31,697 nucleotides of DNA, taken from positions 67,500 through 99,196 of the forward strand of contig NIVC01003025.1 in NCBI GenBank assembly GCA_002269645.1, written 5' to 3'. The notes beneath the pieces are model-generated. The model was not told where the DNA came from and did no database searches. It worked only from the letters and a program-made list of their open reading frames with translations. Each line of letters starts with the position of its first letter. Within the stretch, counting starts at the first letter, position 1. The DNA is from Macrostomum lignano (taxonomy: Eukaryota). Both the position numbers and the translations under genes were made by a program. Shown here piece by piece: positions 10,250 to 21,483 of this stretch.

Positions 10250-12250
10250 CGTGCGGCTTCGGCACAAATCTGAAATTCAGCTGAAACGTGAAAAGCTCGA
10301 ACGCTCAAGTTCCTCTGTAGGCACATAAGCGCGACCTTCTGCAGCAGTTTTAGTGTCTCCCATGATGGCCTGCGACCCAATTAAAGCTTGCCAATGAGCT
10401 GCTTGAGCGCCCGCTGACTTAGTCTCACCTTGACCGACTCAATCCTCATTGACCTGACCGACTCAATCCTCATTGACCTGACCGAATCAACTTCCCCACA
10501 TTTTCGTAGGGCAGCTTCTTGATTCCTTGCAGTGTCGAACTCAGTGCCCAGAAATGGCATCCGCTACGACAGTGATCGACACTTAGCTCTCGGTTGACGG
10601 CGAAATCCAGCTACGACCAGAACGATCAGCTGGTTTAAGAAGTGCTGGCATCCAATCTCTGTAACCCAGAAGGCAAAGTCATCCAGGTAGGACTCAGTGT
10701 TGATGAAGCGTTTGCGCGCCATCATCAGATGAACAGCATTACTAAGGCCGGCGATGGAAGCACGTGACACGAAAGTGACAGGCGTGGATCGTACAGGTAT
10801 GTCGAGGCGGCAGAATCACAGAACTTGAGCCCAGTGTTGACAAATTTATCAAACAAGATGCACACCACATGCACAGCACGCCTTGTTCAGGTCCACCTCT
10901 GGTCATGAAGCAGCCTATTGTCAGCTTCCGGGCAAGGCTTTCGAAACGCTAAAACCGCGCAGCTTTCCCTCGCTCGCCTACCTCGAGTTCACCAATGCAC
11001 CATCGGGCAGGCTGCAGTCATGGATCTGGGGCATAAAGCTCCCAGAGCATTGATCGCCCCCAGCCGCCACCTGACACTGACTGACTGACAAACGGCACTG
11101 ACGATAGCGACCCAGGTGAAGCTCTTTCCAATATTTGGGACTCAATCGCGTCAGAGTACATTTGGACCGACTCGTAGTTGCCGACCTCAACTGCCTTCAG
11201 CAAGGCCGGCTGCACATTTGTTTTGCGAAAACCTTCAGCAGCGCCATCCAGAATGAACATATTCCTCGCAGGCGGAAAGTCAATGCGTTCCAATTCGTAT
11301 ATTCATACATCCAGCCCGATTATGGTATCATCATTCGATAAAATAAAGAAAGTTGAAACAGAATTCAGTTAAAACAGAACTGCATTCAGTCAGTGCAGTG
11401 GCCGGCTAGCAGCTCTGAACCAATTATCCCATCCCTGTGTGCCATCGCTTCGGAGTGACCGAGGCTGCATTGCCGACAGCGATAAGCGAAACGGAAGTGA
11501 AATCTGGAGCACTTAGATTTCTTTTTGAAGTCGATTAGTCGGAGCAGCTCCTGGCTCCGCTTTGACAGCTTTTCAAAGCAAGTGCATGGTCATTCTGTGG
11601 TGCCATCAGGTAGCTCGTACTGGGCAACCCGTCCCAGATCAGATCCTCACGATCCCAAATCTCGTTTGTCTTGCTCAACTTGCACTCATCATTTAAACCT
11701 CGTGACGAACCCGTGACGAACCCGCTGTCGAACCCGCGCGAGGTCAAAAAGCTCGACAAATGCAGCACACCGCGAAGCGCAGGTAATAATCAGCTGCATA
11801 TAACTGGATGATAACTCACCAGACTGCCGTCATCATGTAGCAACTTCAGCATAATTCTATAATTCGCAGAGATCCAGGCTTCAAACGTCCTTGAGTCAAC
11901 AGCAACCTCTTTCACTTTAAATACAAGTCTGCCGGATAAAGTCAACTGTCTGGGTTTCGCCCGACACGAAGCAGCGTTTCTTCGTTTCTACACGAAGCAA
12001 CGACGGAGCAGCGGGATTCGGTACACTTGCCGAGCTCCACAACGGGCTCCTGCAGCAGTATGACCACAGGGTTAATGAGTAACTGATTCGAGTTCTCTTT
12101 GAAGCCGTGGGCTGCCGCTAAGCTAGCTGTGTCTGACCTCTTCCTGCAGCAGGGCATGCTCGACTCTTTGCGTAGATTCACTAGACAGGGCTGCTTCTCC
12201 GCATTCAGCAGCTCGACGTCCTGGCTGCCAGTGGCTCCAGACTCCACGCT
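10250..12250 (-). mobile_element. Decayed DIRS-order (DIRS/Ngaro-type) retrotransposon: ORF1 fragment, RT and partial RNase H; no tyrosine recombinase seen
   Basis: Minus-strand motifs in the correct order across frameshifts: ORF1-like FEAWISANYRIMLKLL; FILDGAAEGFR..VEVGNYES; IHDCSLPDGALVNS; VDLNKA; TGLKF..TYLYDPRL; AVHLMMARKRFINTESYLDDF (YxDD); PFLGTEFDT; LKQLIGKLNW; RNase H-like CLQRNLSVRAFHV. Confidence 0.85.
10431..10490. repeat. 24-bp tandem duplication (~2.5 copies) inside the retroelement remnant
   Basis: TGACCGACTCAATCCTCATTGACC repeated head to tail. Confidence 0.9.
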
Positions 12251-13044
12251 GCCAGCCCCCTAACGGTGCCCCCGCTGCCCCCCCCCCAATCGAAACAGCA
12301 AATATTACTAATAAATAAATATTACTCTCCAGTAGGAGTTTCAACTCGTGCAGAACAATTGAAACGAAATGCAAAACCTTCAGTCAAATATCAACCAAGA
12401 GGAAAGGCTACATGCGATTATAGAAGTTCAGATTGGAATCTTGAAACATCGTATGTTCAGACATCTTATTGACGCCCATTCAAGTCATTTTTCAGCGATT
12501 TTTTTAACGGCATTTTTCAGAGCCATTCATATATATTGTAACGATGTTGATATTTAGTTGTTCGTAAATAATATAGTTTTATGAATGCCTTCTTAGTATT
12601 GTAATAATTTATCTACTATTTATCAGCGAATTTTAAACTTATTTAATATGTACGTCTAAAATTTTGTTTTACGGTATCCTTCATAGAAATATTGTATTAT
12701 TTAAAATACTGTTAAATCGCGATTTTGCGCTTTTCTTTACTCATCTGCCGTCTCTTGTACTTATCGGTTGGTCCGCCGCGTTGTGTCCGTTTGCGGTAGT
12801 TTAACACCAAGAATTTAACGGCGATAAAACAAAAATTCAACTTTATATAGAATAAGACAATTCAACTCGATTCGGCCGCAAAACTGTCTCTTACTACGAA
12901 GACTCAATTTATTTTTGTGCATAGCCGTCAGTACCGAACTCAGAAGGGTCTCGTCACAATATCATAAGCCTATGCATTTTAATTAAAAAATTGATTTTTA
13001 AGTTTTGCTTTGTTACTGAAGAAGGATTTTAACTAAACAGAATT

Positions 13045-13370
13045 ATATTTCTGTGCATCTCGTGTGAATGGATAGACTACTTGAATTTCATATCTCTGCA
13101 TGTATTTTAAGACGTTCTGCTGAGTTGTATTACAATTACAACTACAAGCTACGGAGATTAGGAACATACTTTAAATTTCATTTGTATTTAGACGTTTTTA
13201 ATGTTAAGATCTCTTACGTAGTTTTTTACTTGGCTGCCTCAAAATATGTGTAAATTTTTTTGCATTTCATTCAAATCAAATTTGGTTAAATTTGGTTTGT
13301 TAAATTCGAAAATGAGTTGTGAATGTCAAATACCGCCCTGAATAAGCTGAATTAAATTCTGACAGCTGGT
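13045..13370 (-). repeat. Right arm of the diverged inverted-repeat pair (partner ~9770-10245)
   Basis: The reverse complement aligns colinearly with the left arm and carries the site without the MITE (AACTCAGCAGAACGTCTT, ~13111-13128). Confidence 0.72.
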
Positions 13371-15061
13371 GGTGGTGGTCGATTCCATGACTGACAATTA
13401 CAAGGAGGGGTCACTAATATTTCAATATATTTCTGTAGATCATTTCCATTGTATACTAGAAGTTTTTGGCATAAGATTTGTTAGTAGGGCTTTTTTGCTA
13501 AAGGAAGCATATAAGAATAGGCCTATAATTCACATGGCCATGCCTATGTGCTATAGTAGAGTTTCCTAGGCTATAAAATGCTTGGAGAAAAAATAAACTT
13601 TATTTAGACTTTTAAAATGATGCTATATAGGCCAAAACAATCCCAACTAGATACATTGCTATAAATAGCATTTTGGCTAAGAATAACATGATATAATATT
13701 ACCATATAATGATATCTAAGCCTTTTTGCTACAATTTTTTACAATATATTTTAGAAAAACTGCATATATGGTTGATTTATAATTGGGGTCAAGACCAAAG
13801 TGTTCAGTTATAGCCTAATTCACTTTTAAAATAATACCAAATGCAATTAAAGCAGACTACACTGCTACAGACTTAGATTAAAATAATTTATAAAATATTC
13901 TAGACAAAAATATTTCAAAAAGTGTTAAATTGCTTAAATATTTGTTTTTTAGTTCTAATTTTATTTAAGTAACTGTCATCATTATTGATATAAATTATTG
14001 TGCTTTATAAAGCCCTTTAAATTTTATCAAACATTATCATGTATATTGCTTTAGCCATATTAGCAAATGTTTTGCATGTTCAAAGGACCTATATAAATGC
14101 CTTTTTCCTGACTATGGACCTATTCTGCTTCAAGCTCATAGCCAATAGATTCCTAGACTAAGACTAGTAGCTAAGGTTTGTTAAACAGATAAAAAAATTA
14201 TACAAGTACTAAATTATAAGTATGACTATTAGGTAGGCATATAAATTACTTTGCATTCTTCCCTATACACAGATAAGTTCAAAGGCTATAATATAAAGCT
14301 AGCAAAGAAGAATATATGATTAAGTTATTTTCATTTATATAAAAAACTTACATTTTCTCTAATTATACAATATCATTGTATTATCTATATCCATCTATAA
14401 TTTAATTTGTTGTATATTCTACTCTATCCATGTCTCTACTCTTTAATTGTTATTAAGATTTAAGGTTCCTTTTATGAATATTGAGCTTAATCTTGGCTAA
14501 GGTCTATGGCTACATTTTTTTAATTTTTTAACTGAAAGACAACCTTTAGCCAAAATATATATTTATTCATCAAAATTTTCTTAAATTATTTCAACAATAA
14601 CCTTTCTGATAATAGACAAATATAATATTAATAATTGGTAGTCGTTTCATTTTCATTTTTTGTTGCATTGATTGGGATCAATGTGATTATAAGCAAAAAA
14701 TATTTGGCCCCTAGGTAGGCCTATACAAAAATAAAATAATAAGTTATAGGACAAATTAGAATTAGCTTCTAATTTTTGTATCAAATTAGATAATAACAAG
14801 GCCTAAGCTTAGTATTATTGTCTGTAAATAAATAGAAGAAGAAAAACAATTTATATAACTTTAATAATATTAATAAAGTTACTTTATGAGTGTTATTATC
14901 ATTAATCTATAAAAAGTAAATTACCATCATTGTGTAAGTATTGATATTATACTAAGAAATGTGACTTTAGCACACCTCACTATTTGGTAGGATAGGAACC
15001 CAATCCCAAAATGCTAGGATCTCACCTAGCAAAAATTTGGGATCCCAATCTCAAAATACCA

Positions 15062-16074
15062 GATCCCAGCAAAAATGTGGAATCCTAATCATAAACTGCC
15101 AGGATCCCAGCAAAAATGTGGAATCCTAATCATAAACTGCCAGGATCCCAGCAAAAATGTGGAATCCCAATCATGAACTGCCAGGATCCCAGCAAAAATG
15201 TGGGATCCCAATCATGAGCTGCCAGGATCCAAGCAAAAATGTGGGATCCCAATCATGAACTGCCAGGATCCCAGCAAAAATGTGGAATCCCAATCATGAA
15301 CTGCCAGGATCCCAGCAAAAATGTGGGATCCCAATCATGAACTGCCAGGATCCCAGCAAAAATGTGGAATCCCAATCATGAACTGCCAGGATCCCAGCAA
15401 AAATGTGGAATCCCAATCATGAGCTGCCAGGATCCAAGCAAAAATGTGGGATCCCAATCATGAACTGCCAGGATCCCATCAAAAATGTGGGATCCCAATC
15501 ATGAGCTGCCAGGATCCAAGCAAAAATGTGGGATCCCGATCATGAACTGCCAGGATCCAAGCAAAAATGTGGGATCCCGATCATGAACTGCCAGGATCCA
15601 AGCAAAAATGTGGGATCCCGATCATGAACTGCCAGGATCCCATAAAAAATGTGGGATCCCAATCATGAGCTGCCAGGATCCAAGCAAAAATGTGGGATCC
15701 CGATCATGAACTGCCAGGATCCCATCAAAAATGTGGGATCCCAATCATGAGCTGCCAGGATCCAAGCAAAAATGTGGGATCCCGATCATGAACTGCCAGG
15801 ATCCAAGCAAAAATGTGGGATCCCGATCATGAACTGCCAGGATCCCATAAAAAATGTGGGATCCCAATCATGAGCTGCCAGGATCCAAGCAAAAATGTGG
15901 GATCCCAATCATGAGCTGCCAGGATCCAAGCAAAAATGAGGGTTCCCAATCATGAGCTGCCAGGATCCAAGCAAAAATGTGGGATCCCAATCATGAGCTG
16001 CCAGGATCCAAGCAAAAATGTGGGATCCCAATCATGAACTGCCAGGATCCAAGCAAAAATGTGGGATCCCGATC
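15062..16074. repeat. 41-bp minisatellite, ~24.7 copies, with degenerate lead-in from ~14990
   Basis: Consensus GATCCCAGCAAAAATGTGG(G/A)ATCCCAATCATGA(A/G)CTGCCAG; period 41 (15062, 15103, ...). Two GATCCCA half-units per monomer. Confidence 0.97.
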
Positions 16075-16242
16075 CTGAAATGCTAGGCGATCACATTTAA
16101 CCAGCGTCAAATCAGTCACTACTCACCTTTTGTTTTAAAAAATTTAATTATAATCAAGCATATGTTATATGTTTTTATAAAATTCCAGCTAAACTATTGT
16201 TAAACCATAACTTATTAATTATTCTATGCATGCAACGCGGCA

Positions 16243-16671
16243 ATGTCTTTTGCTTGCTCTGTTAAGACTGCTACTATAACCCGCTGCCTCCTGCTTAGCA
16301 GCCAAAGATGGCTGTCTGTCGTTAACGCTGGCAGCCAATCTGCAATGAAGTCATTGCGACCAGTCTTTTCTATGCCAGCAACAGCTGGAGCAACAGGCGT
16401 GACGCGTTGCTTGCACACACAGCCGTTTGATCAGCAGCGGCCTTTGATCTGCTACAACTGCCGCAAGCCCGGCCACCTGGCCAAGGATTGTCCGTCTGGC
16501 GTTATATGCCACAACTGCGGACAGGAGGGCCACCTGTCCAGAGACTGCAAGTCGCTGCCGCGGTGTCACAACTGCGGCCAGGAGGGCCACTTGGCTAAGA
16601 ATTGTCCGTCGCCTGTGAAATGTCGCATCTGTGGCCAAGAGGGTCACTTGGCCGCCAACTGTCCGGGCTGA
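16243..16671 (+). CDS. Small CCHC zinc-knuckle protein (4 x CX2CX4HX4C; CNBP/GIS2/UMSBP-like) with a putative mitochondrial presequence, 142 aa
   Basis: Intact ORF with knuckles CYNCRKPGHLAKDC, CHNCGQEGHLSRDC, CHNCGQEGHLAKNC and CRICGQEGHLAANC, joined by 5-aa linkers. The first 62 residues lack D/E and contain RCLHT. AATAAA follows ~105 nt after the stop. Confidence 0.9.
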   Translation: MSFACSVKTATITRCLLLSSQRWLSVVNAGSQSAMKSLRPVFSMPATAGATGVTRCLHTQPFDQQRPLICYNCRKPGHLAKDCPSGVICHNCGQEGHLSRDCKSLPRCHNCGQEGHLAKNCPSPVKCRICGQEGHLAANCPG

Positions 16672-16775
16672 TGCAGCGTTTGTGTCCTTAAGGTTTCAAA
16701 ATTAATTCAATGAAGTTCAAAATCAATTAGAAGTTTCGAGCAGTTTTAAAGAGTAGTTCGTTTTAGTTTTTTGTT

Positions 16776-16781
16776 AATAAA
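16776..16781 (+). promoter_or_regulatory. Probable polyadenylation signal of the zinc-knuckle gene
   Basis: AATAAA 105 nt after TGA 16671, followed by T-rich tracts (~16820-16857). Confidence 0.6.
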
Positions 16782-17284
16782 AAATGCACTTTGAAGAACT
16801 AGATTGCATAACTAGCGATTGCATTTTTGTAAATCTTTGCTGCCTTTTTCTTTTTTGACTATACACTGTATACAGTATACCCAGTTAGGCAGTGTTAAGC
16901 GTCTTCGGTCTGATTTTGTGCTGTTTCCAGTTTGATTCCTAAGTGAGTGCTTCTTCCATTCTGAAGGAGTGCTGTTTCTATTCTGATTCTTGATTCAGAG
17001 TGCTTTTTCCACCCCGAGGGAGCGCTGTTTCTGTTATATCTTTAATACCTGAGGCAGTAGTGTTCAATTGCAGGAGTGAGAAAAGTGCTCGCTTGAGAGC
17101 TAGGCTGACAATATTTATTAGTTAGCAATGAGCTGGTGGGTGCATGCAGACAGATACAAGCGCACATTGGGTGGAGGTTAAATACAAAACCATAACTATC
17201 ATTCAATAACTATCGCCACTGCTAGTGAGTCAACAATTCAGTGCATGCAACTTATTGCAAAGTTCACCGCGTCACCATGTCACA

Positions 17285-17604
17285 GTTTCCATCCTGAGTG
17301 AGTGCTGTTTCCATCCTGAGTGAGTGCTGTTTCCATCCTGAGTCAGTGCTGTTTCCATCCCGAGGAAGTGCTGTTTCCATCCCGAGGAAGTGCTGTTTCC
17401 ATCCCGAGGAAGTGCTGTTTCCATCCTGAGGAAGTGCTGTTTCCATCCCGAGGAAGTGCTGTTTCCATCCCGAGGAAGTGCTGTTTCCATCCCGAGGAAG
17501 TGTTGTTTCCATCCCGAGTGAGTGCTGTTTCCATCCTGAGTCAGTGCTGTTTCCATCCCGAGGAAGTGTTGTTTCCATCCCGAGGGAGTGCTGTTTCCAT
17601 TCTG
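17285..17604. repeat. 22-bp minisatellite, ~14.5 copies, ending ~130 bp before the CEP19 ATG
   Basis: Unit GTGCTGTTTCCATCCCGAGGAA, with CCTGAG and GAGTGA variants. The overlapping ORFs in the track repeat every 22 aa (3 x 22 nt). Confidence 0.97.
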
Positions 17605-17736
17605 ATTTATTTTTTGAGTGAGTGCTGTTACCCTTCTAAGAGAGTGGGATTTGTCATTCTTAATCATCCTATGACTCCTACTGTAAGTAGGGTGTTAAGA
17701 AAGTCTACAATAGAACCGAAAACTGATTACTAATTC

Positions 17737-17940
17737 ATGTCTGGCGACGAGCTGTTAAAGTGCGGCCTGGTGTTCAAGCCGCCAACTCTGCTGTTGTTGT
17801 ACAGACGCGGTGGCCTGCTTGGCGTTGTGCGAAAACGCTCGGTACGCTTAGGCGCGCACCTGTCAGCGGCTGAGGCCGAGGCAAAGAATGGCGATGCCGG
17901 CGCTAATTCTACTGGAGCTATTGCTGAACGACTTAAACAG
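17737..17940 (+). CDS. CEP19: CEP19 (centrosomal protein 19 kDa) exon 1; CDS join(17737..17940,24779..24982,25386..25520), 180 aa
   Basis: KCGLVFKPPTLLLLY..RKR.V matches the CEP19 N-terminus (KCGIRFQPPAIILIY). Phase-0 donor CAG|GTGAGT at 17941; in-frame TAA just upstream of the ATG. Confidence 0.92.
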
Positions 17941-18289
17941 GTGAGTTAAGTCTCATTAACTATGCCTGAAATATTTAAACCTGATACTCTGTTATCGTTT
18001 TTAGAATAGCTTTTTGTCCAGGCCCATCAACAGAAAAATCCCTACAATAACTTTCAAGTTATAAAAAAGTAGACGATTGTTTCGAGATTTGTCTTGTCCG
18101 AGAGTAAGACTTAACTCGAATAGACAAATAGACGAAAGTTTACACGTTAATCCCGAAATTATTTGTAGCAAAAGTTTACTCACTGGCGCACATGTTACTG
18201 TTACTCACATTATATGTAATCTTGGGCTGAATCAGTCCACTTCATTAATCATGAGATTGCTATAAAAATATAAATCCAATCGTCACTTG

Positions 18290-19047
18290 TAGAATAGATA
18301 GATAGATAAAGAAAAGCAAAAAAACTCGAGTTCTTGCGCGCACGCGTCGCGAAAGAGACGCGAAGGGCAAGCAGCTGCGGTCTGAGGGCTGAGGGCTGAG
18401 CCTGAAAGTCAGACACGAAACAGTCACTCAGCGTCACAGTACGCCTTTGGCGTGGCTGGTGCAGGCTAGGAGCATTGCCAACGGGACTTGGTCGCTGCGG
18501 CCGAGACTCCGGAGGCAGTGGCTCACCAGAATCCGCCCCTTGTACGTAAGATAAAGACGTTCCTGAGCAGGTGCGCCGCGCGCCAGGCCTGATTCCTCCT
18601 GTCGGAGACGATGAAGTCCGGACTCTTGCTAGAATGGAATGACGCAGTACGTAATCCACGACCATGATGAAGAGCAGGGGAGCCAGCGTGTCGCCATGCA
18701 GGACGCCGAAGGTTGTGCTGAATTCCTCAGTGGGGCACTGGGGCCCTTGCTCGTTTGAACAAACGCTCTGGAATCATTGTACAGGTCCATCACTCCAGCT
18801 ACCAGTGCAGACGGAACGCCGTAGTAGGACAGCAACCACGCGATCGCAAGCCTGAGCACCAAGTCGAACGCCTTACGGAAGTCCACGAAGACGATCGACA
18901 CGGCGCGTTGGCAGGTCTTTTAAGGCCTCGATGACGGCGCGGATAGTCGCAACCTGCTTTGTGTTGGAGCTGGAGGAAGATTCTAGTTGAGGCCAGGCAA
19001 GAGGCGGTTGCGGATCACTGCATTGGCAGCTTCGCCATGGCGCACTG
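18290..19047 (-). mobile_element. 5'-truncated, internally deleted RTE-type non-LTR retrotransposon (LINE) in CEP19 intron 1
   Basis: AKL.NAVIRNRL, QVATIRAVIE, SIVFVDFRKAFD..LLSYYGVP, GVLHGDTLAPLLFIMVVDYVLR and a C-terminal SHCLR segment. The 3' end carries a (TATC)n tail at ~18290-18311. Confidence 0.85.
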
Positions 19048-19063
19048 ATCCAAATCGCACTAG

Positions 19064-19700
19064 TCGAAGGCGCCTATCTTTCGAGGCGAAAAACTTGATT
19101 GTCTCTTCAACGTCGATATCCACGATTTTATAGATTGACATCAATGCCAATCCACTAAGACTTTCCTCGCCTGTCGTCGCCCTTGAATATTTCTTCAGGT
19201 ACTTCATTGCGGAAAACGTTCTCTCAGCTGTTGCCGTTGAGACGGGCAAAGTATAAAAAATCTAAAGTGCCAAATAGATGCTAGATAAAAGGCTGGCTTG
19301 CAGCTGTCCAATACATCACTAACGTTGTGCGGGCAATCAGAAATGTTCTTGGTCATCTAGAATCTCTGCCACACCGCAAACTCATGGTGAAAGTCTTCAA
19401 GTGCAACAGCTGGCAAAAATTGGTGGCTTTGATACCCTTTGAGGGTAGCAGAAAGCTCAGCAAATTTAACGGACTCAGCATCGCACACAAAAAATGGAAG
19501 CAAGTTGCTGAGCTGAGCTATGGCTCCAGTTTGCTGGTATTAAACAGATCATCAAGCGTCCCAATGAGGCTAAGCTCGAAGGAACAAAAATAGTTACATT
19601 GATGAAGTGCTCAGCTATGATCTGTTGATCGTGTGCTAGCTGGTCCCTCTGATAACATGCACGGGGGAGCTGGTCGACTTTTAGGGATCCTCGCAGCTCG
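19064..19700 (-). mobile_element. hAT transposase C-terminal (dimerisation domain) remnant
   Basis: TLPVSTATAERTFSAMKYLKKYSRATTGEESLSGLALMSI..IDVEETIKFFA..RRL. Upstream fragments HEFAVWQ..CPHNVSDVLDSC and PRACYQR..AEHFINV, with stops and frameshifts. Confidence 0.85.
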
Positions 19701-21189
19701 ATTGCCTGAATCTAACAGTTGCTCAATGCTATAAAACTTTGCTGCAAACTGCTACTCGTAGCAGGTGTAAAAGTAGCACTAAATACGTGCTTCAGCATAA
19801 TCATACGCACTAAACACTGTGACCGGGATATTGCAGCCAAAAATGCAAGTGCGAATGCAAAAAACAAAGGCTGCGTTGAGAGAAACCAAACCTGGGCCAT
19901 CCTGCTGCTCATTTGGGATACACGTCCTGAATAAGAATGCAGCAGCATCGACAAATGGGGCCGTCAAGTTTTTCAGAAAACGCTATCATGCGCATTTCTG
20001 GTCGCTGCATTTGCACTTCTTTTAGCATGTAGGTATTTTGGCGTCGTGTCAGTTTCTCCAGTAGTGCACAGTGCACACACGGCTCTGTTTGGCTTGTAAT
20101 ACTCTTGTAGAAAGCGCAACTACCTTAATCTGACAGTTTGCGGCTGACTCCAGCTAGACAAGCCTCAACAGCGAATCTGATATCGTTTGGGTGCCGGTCC
20201 TTGCTCTGGCTACCGATCATTAGGATCTTGCTGCTGTCTTATTCACTCCAACAGTTCATCATCGTGTGGCGGTTGTTTTTTGCTTTGCGTTTGATTTGCC
20301 TGCTCAACATATTTATTCAGAATGTTAGGTTTTTAAAAATGTCTAAATTAGTTTTATTGCGTTTGCTCATTCGACTTCTTCTGGAAGGAGAGATCCATCA
20401 CATGAAAAAAAACTCAATAAATTAACCAACCATTCTGATCTCTTAATGTACATTTACATTTTGTATTAATAATATTGTGAAGGCAGAAGCCATAAAGCAT
20501 AGCAGTTTGTAAAACTATTGCAGTACACACAGTCAAGCACAGGATCAAAAATTAATTAAAATAATGCATCAAGTACATATACCTGCAATCAGGGCTTTTG
20601 TTTAGTTTGTTTTGTTTTGTTTAACCTAATGGATTCAAACCAAGGTCCAGTTTCTGTTTCTATCCTGGGTTTTCTACTAAAGTTGCCAATGCAAGTTTGC
20701 ATCTCAAGAAAAAATATGGATGCAAATAGGTAAGCTAGGTAAACTTCCTTGATATGGTTTACTGGATTAATTGTATAGTTTAAAAAGTATATTCTTACTA
20801 GGCTCTAATAGTCTGGAAGCTAAAAGTCTAGAACACTTGCTTGAAGGAAAAAAGTCATGCTATTTCTGCAATACCTCCTGATTTTTATGCTGTTTGAATT
20901 ACTAAGATTATTAAAAAACTATTTAAAGAATGATAATGTGAGAGTTAAGTAGGTAGAATGGCAGATCTACATCCATTATGAAGAAAGATATATGTATAGT
21001 CAAGAACAAAATATAAACTATATTATCAGTATTCTACTGTTGGATGCCTATGCCAGTGTGGAAATAAATAATATGGTTGAATGTAAAAATTCTATGCTTT
21101 TTTTCGTTTTAGCAGCTTTTAACTATAAAATAAAACCATAATCAATCACGATTCTAATCCATCCCTGCAGTCCTGAATCTACACTCTTA

Positions 21190-21483
21190 AAATAATTTCA
21201 TCAGTGGGGTACAGATTCTGAAACTCTTCGTTTTCATAAGCTGATGCTAATTATGCCATCTAGCCTTGGCGAACCCCTGGTGTTCCTACAAACTCGGCTT
21301 CATTCGGCACAGCAACCATTCCAGACTGAACCAACTGCCATTTCTGGCACATCACCAACTTCCACTGCCTGCATGCTTTCTCTCTTGTTCGCCTGCCATC
21401 AATTCGTCCTCCTCGATTCCATCTAGCGACTCTAGCAAGTCGTCATCAGTCGAAGTATCTTCCTATTCGTTCTCAGATTCCAT
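21190..21483 (-). mobile_element. Possible piggyBac-like transposase N-terminal remnant
   Basis: Acidic start MESENE*EDTSTDDDLLESLDGIEEDELM, then FVGTPG and PTDEII, resembling piggyBac FxGxPG..FFTDEI. No TTAA ends or catalytic motifs confirmed. Confidence 0.3.

Noticed and set aside
16243-16671. Zinc knuckles as a retrotransposon gag remnant
   Set aside because: The ORF is intact with its own stop and poly(A) signal, has four evenly spaced knuckles, and has no capsid region or adjacent protease/RT.
20138-20425. 95-aa hydrophobic ORF and neighbouring short ORFs (19712-20025)
   Set aside because: Non-ATG starts, low complexity and no family motifs; probably unrecognised TE debris.
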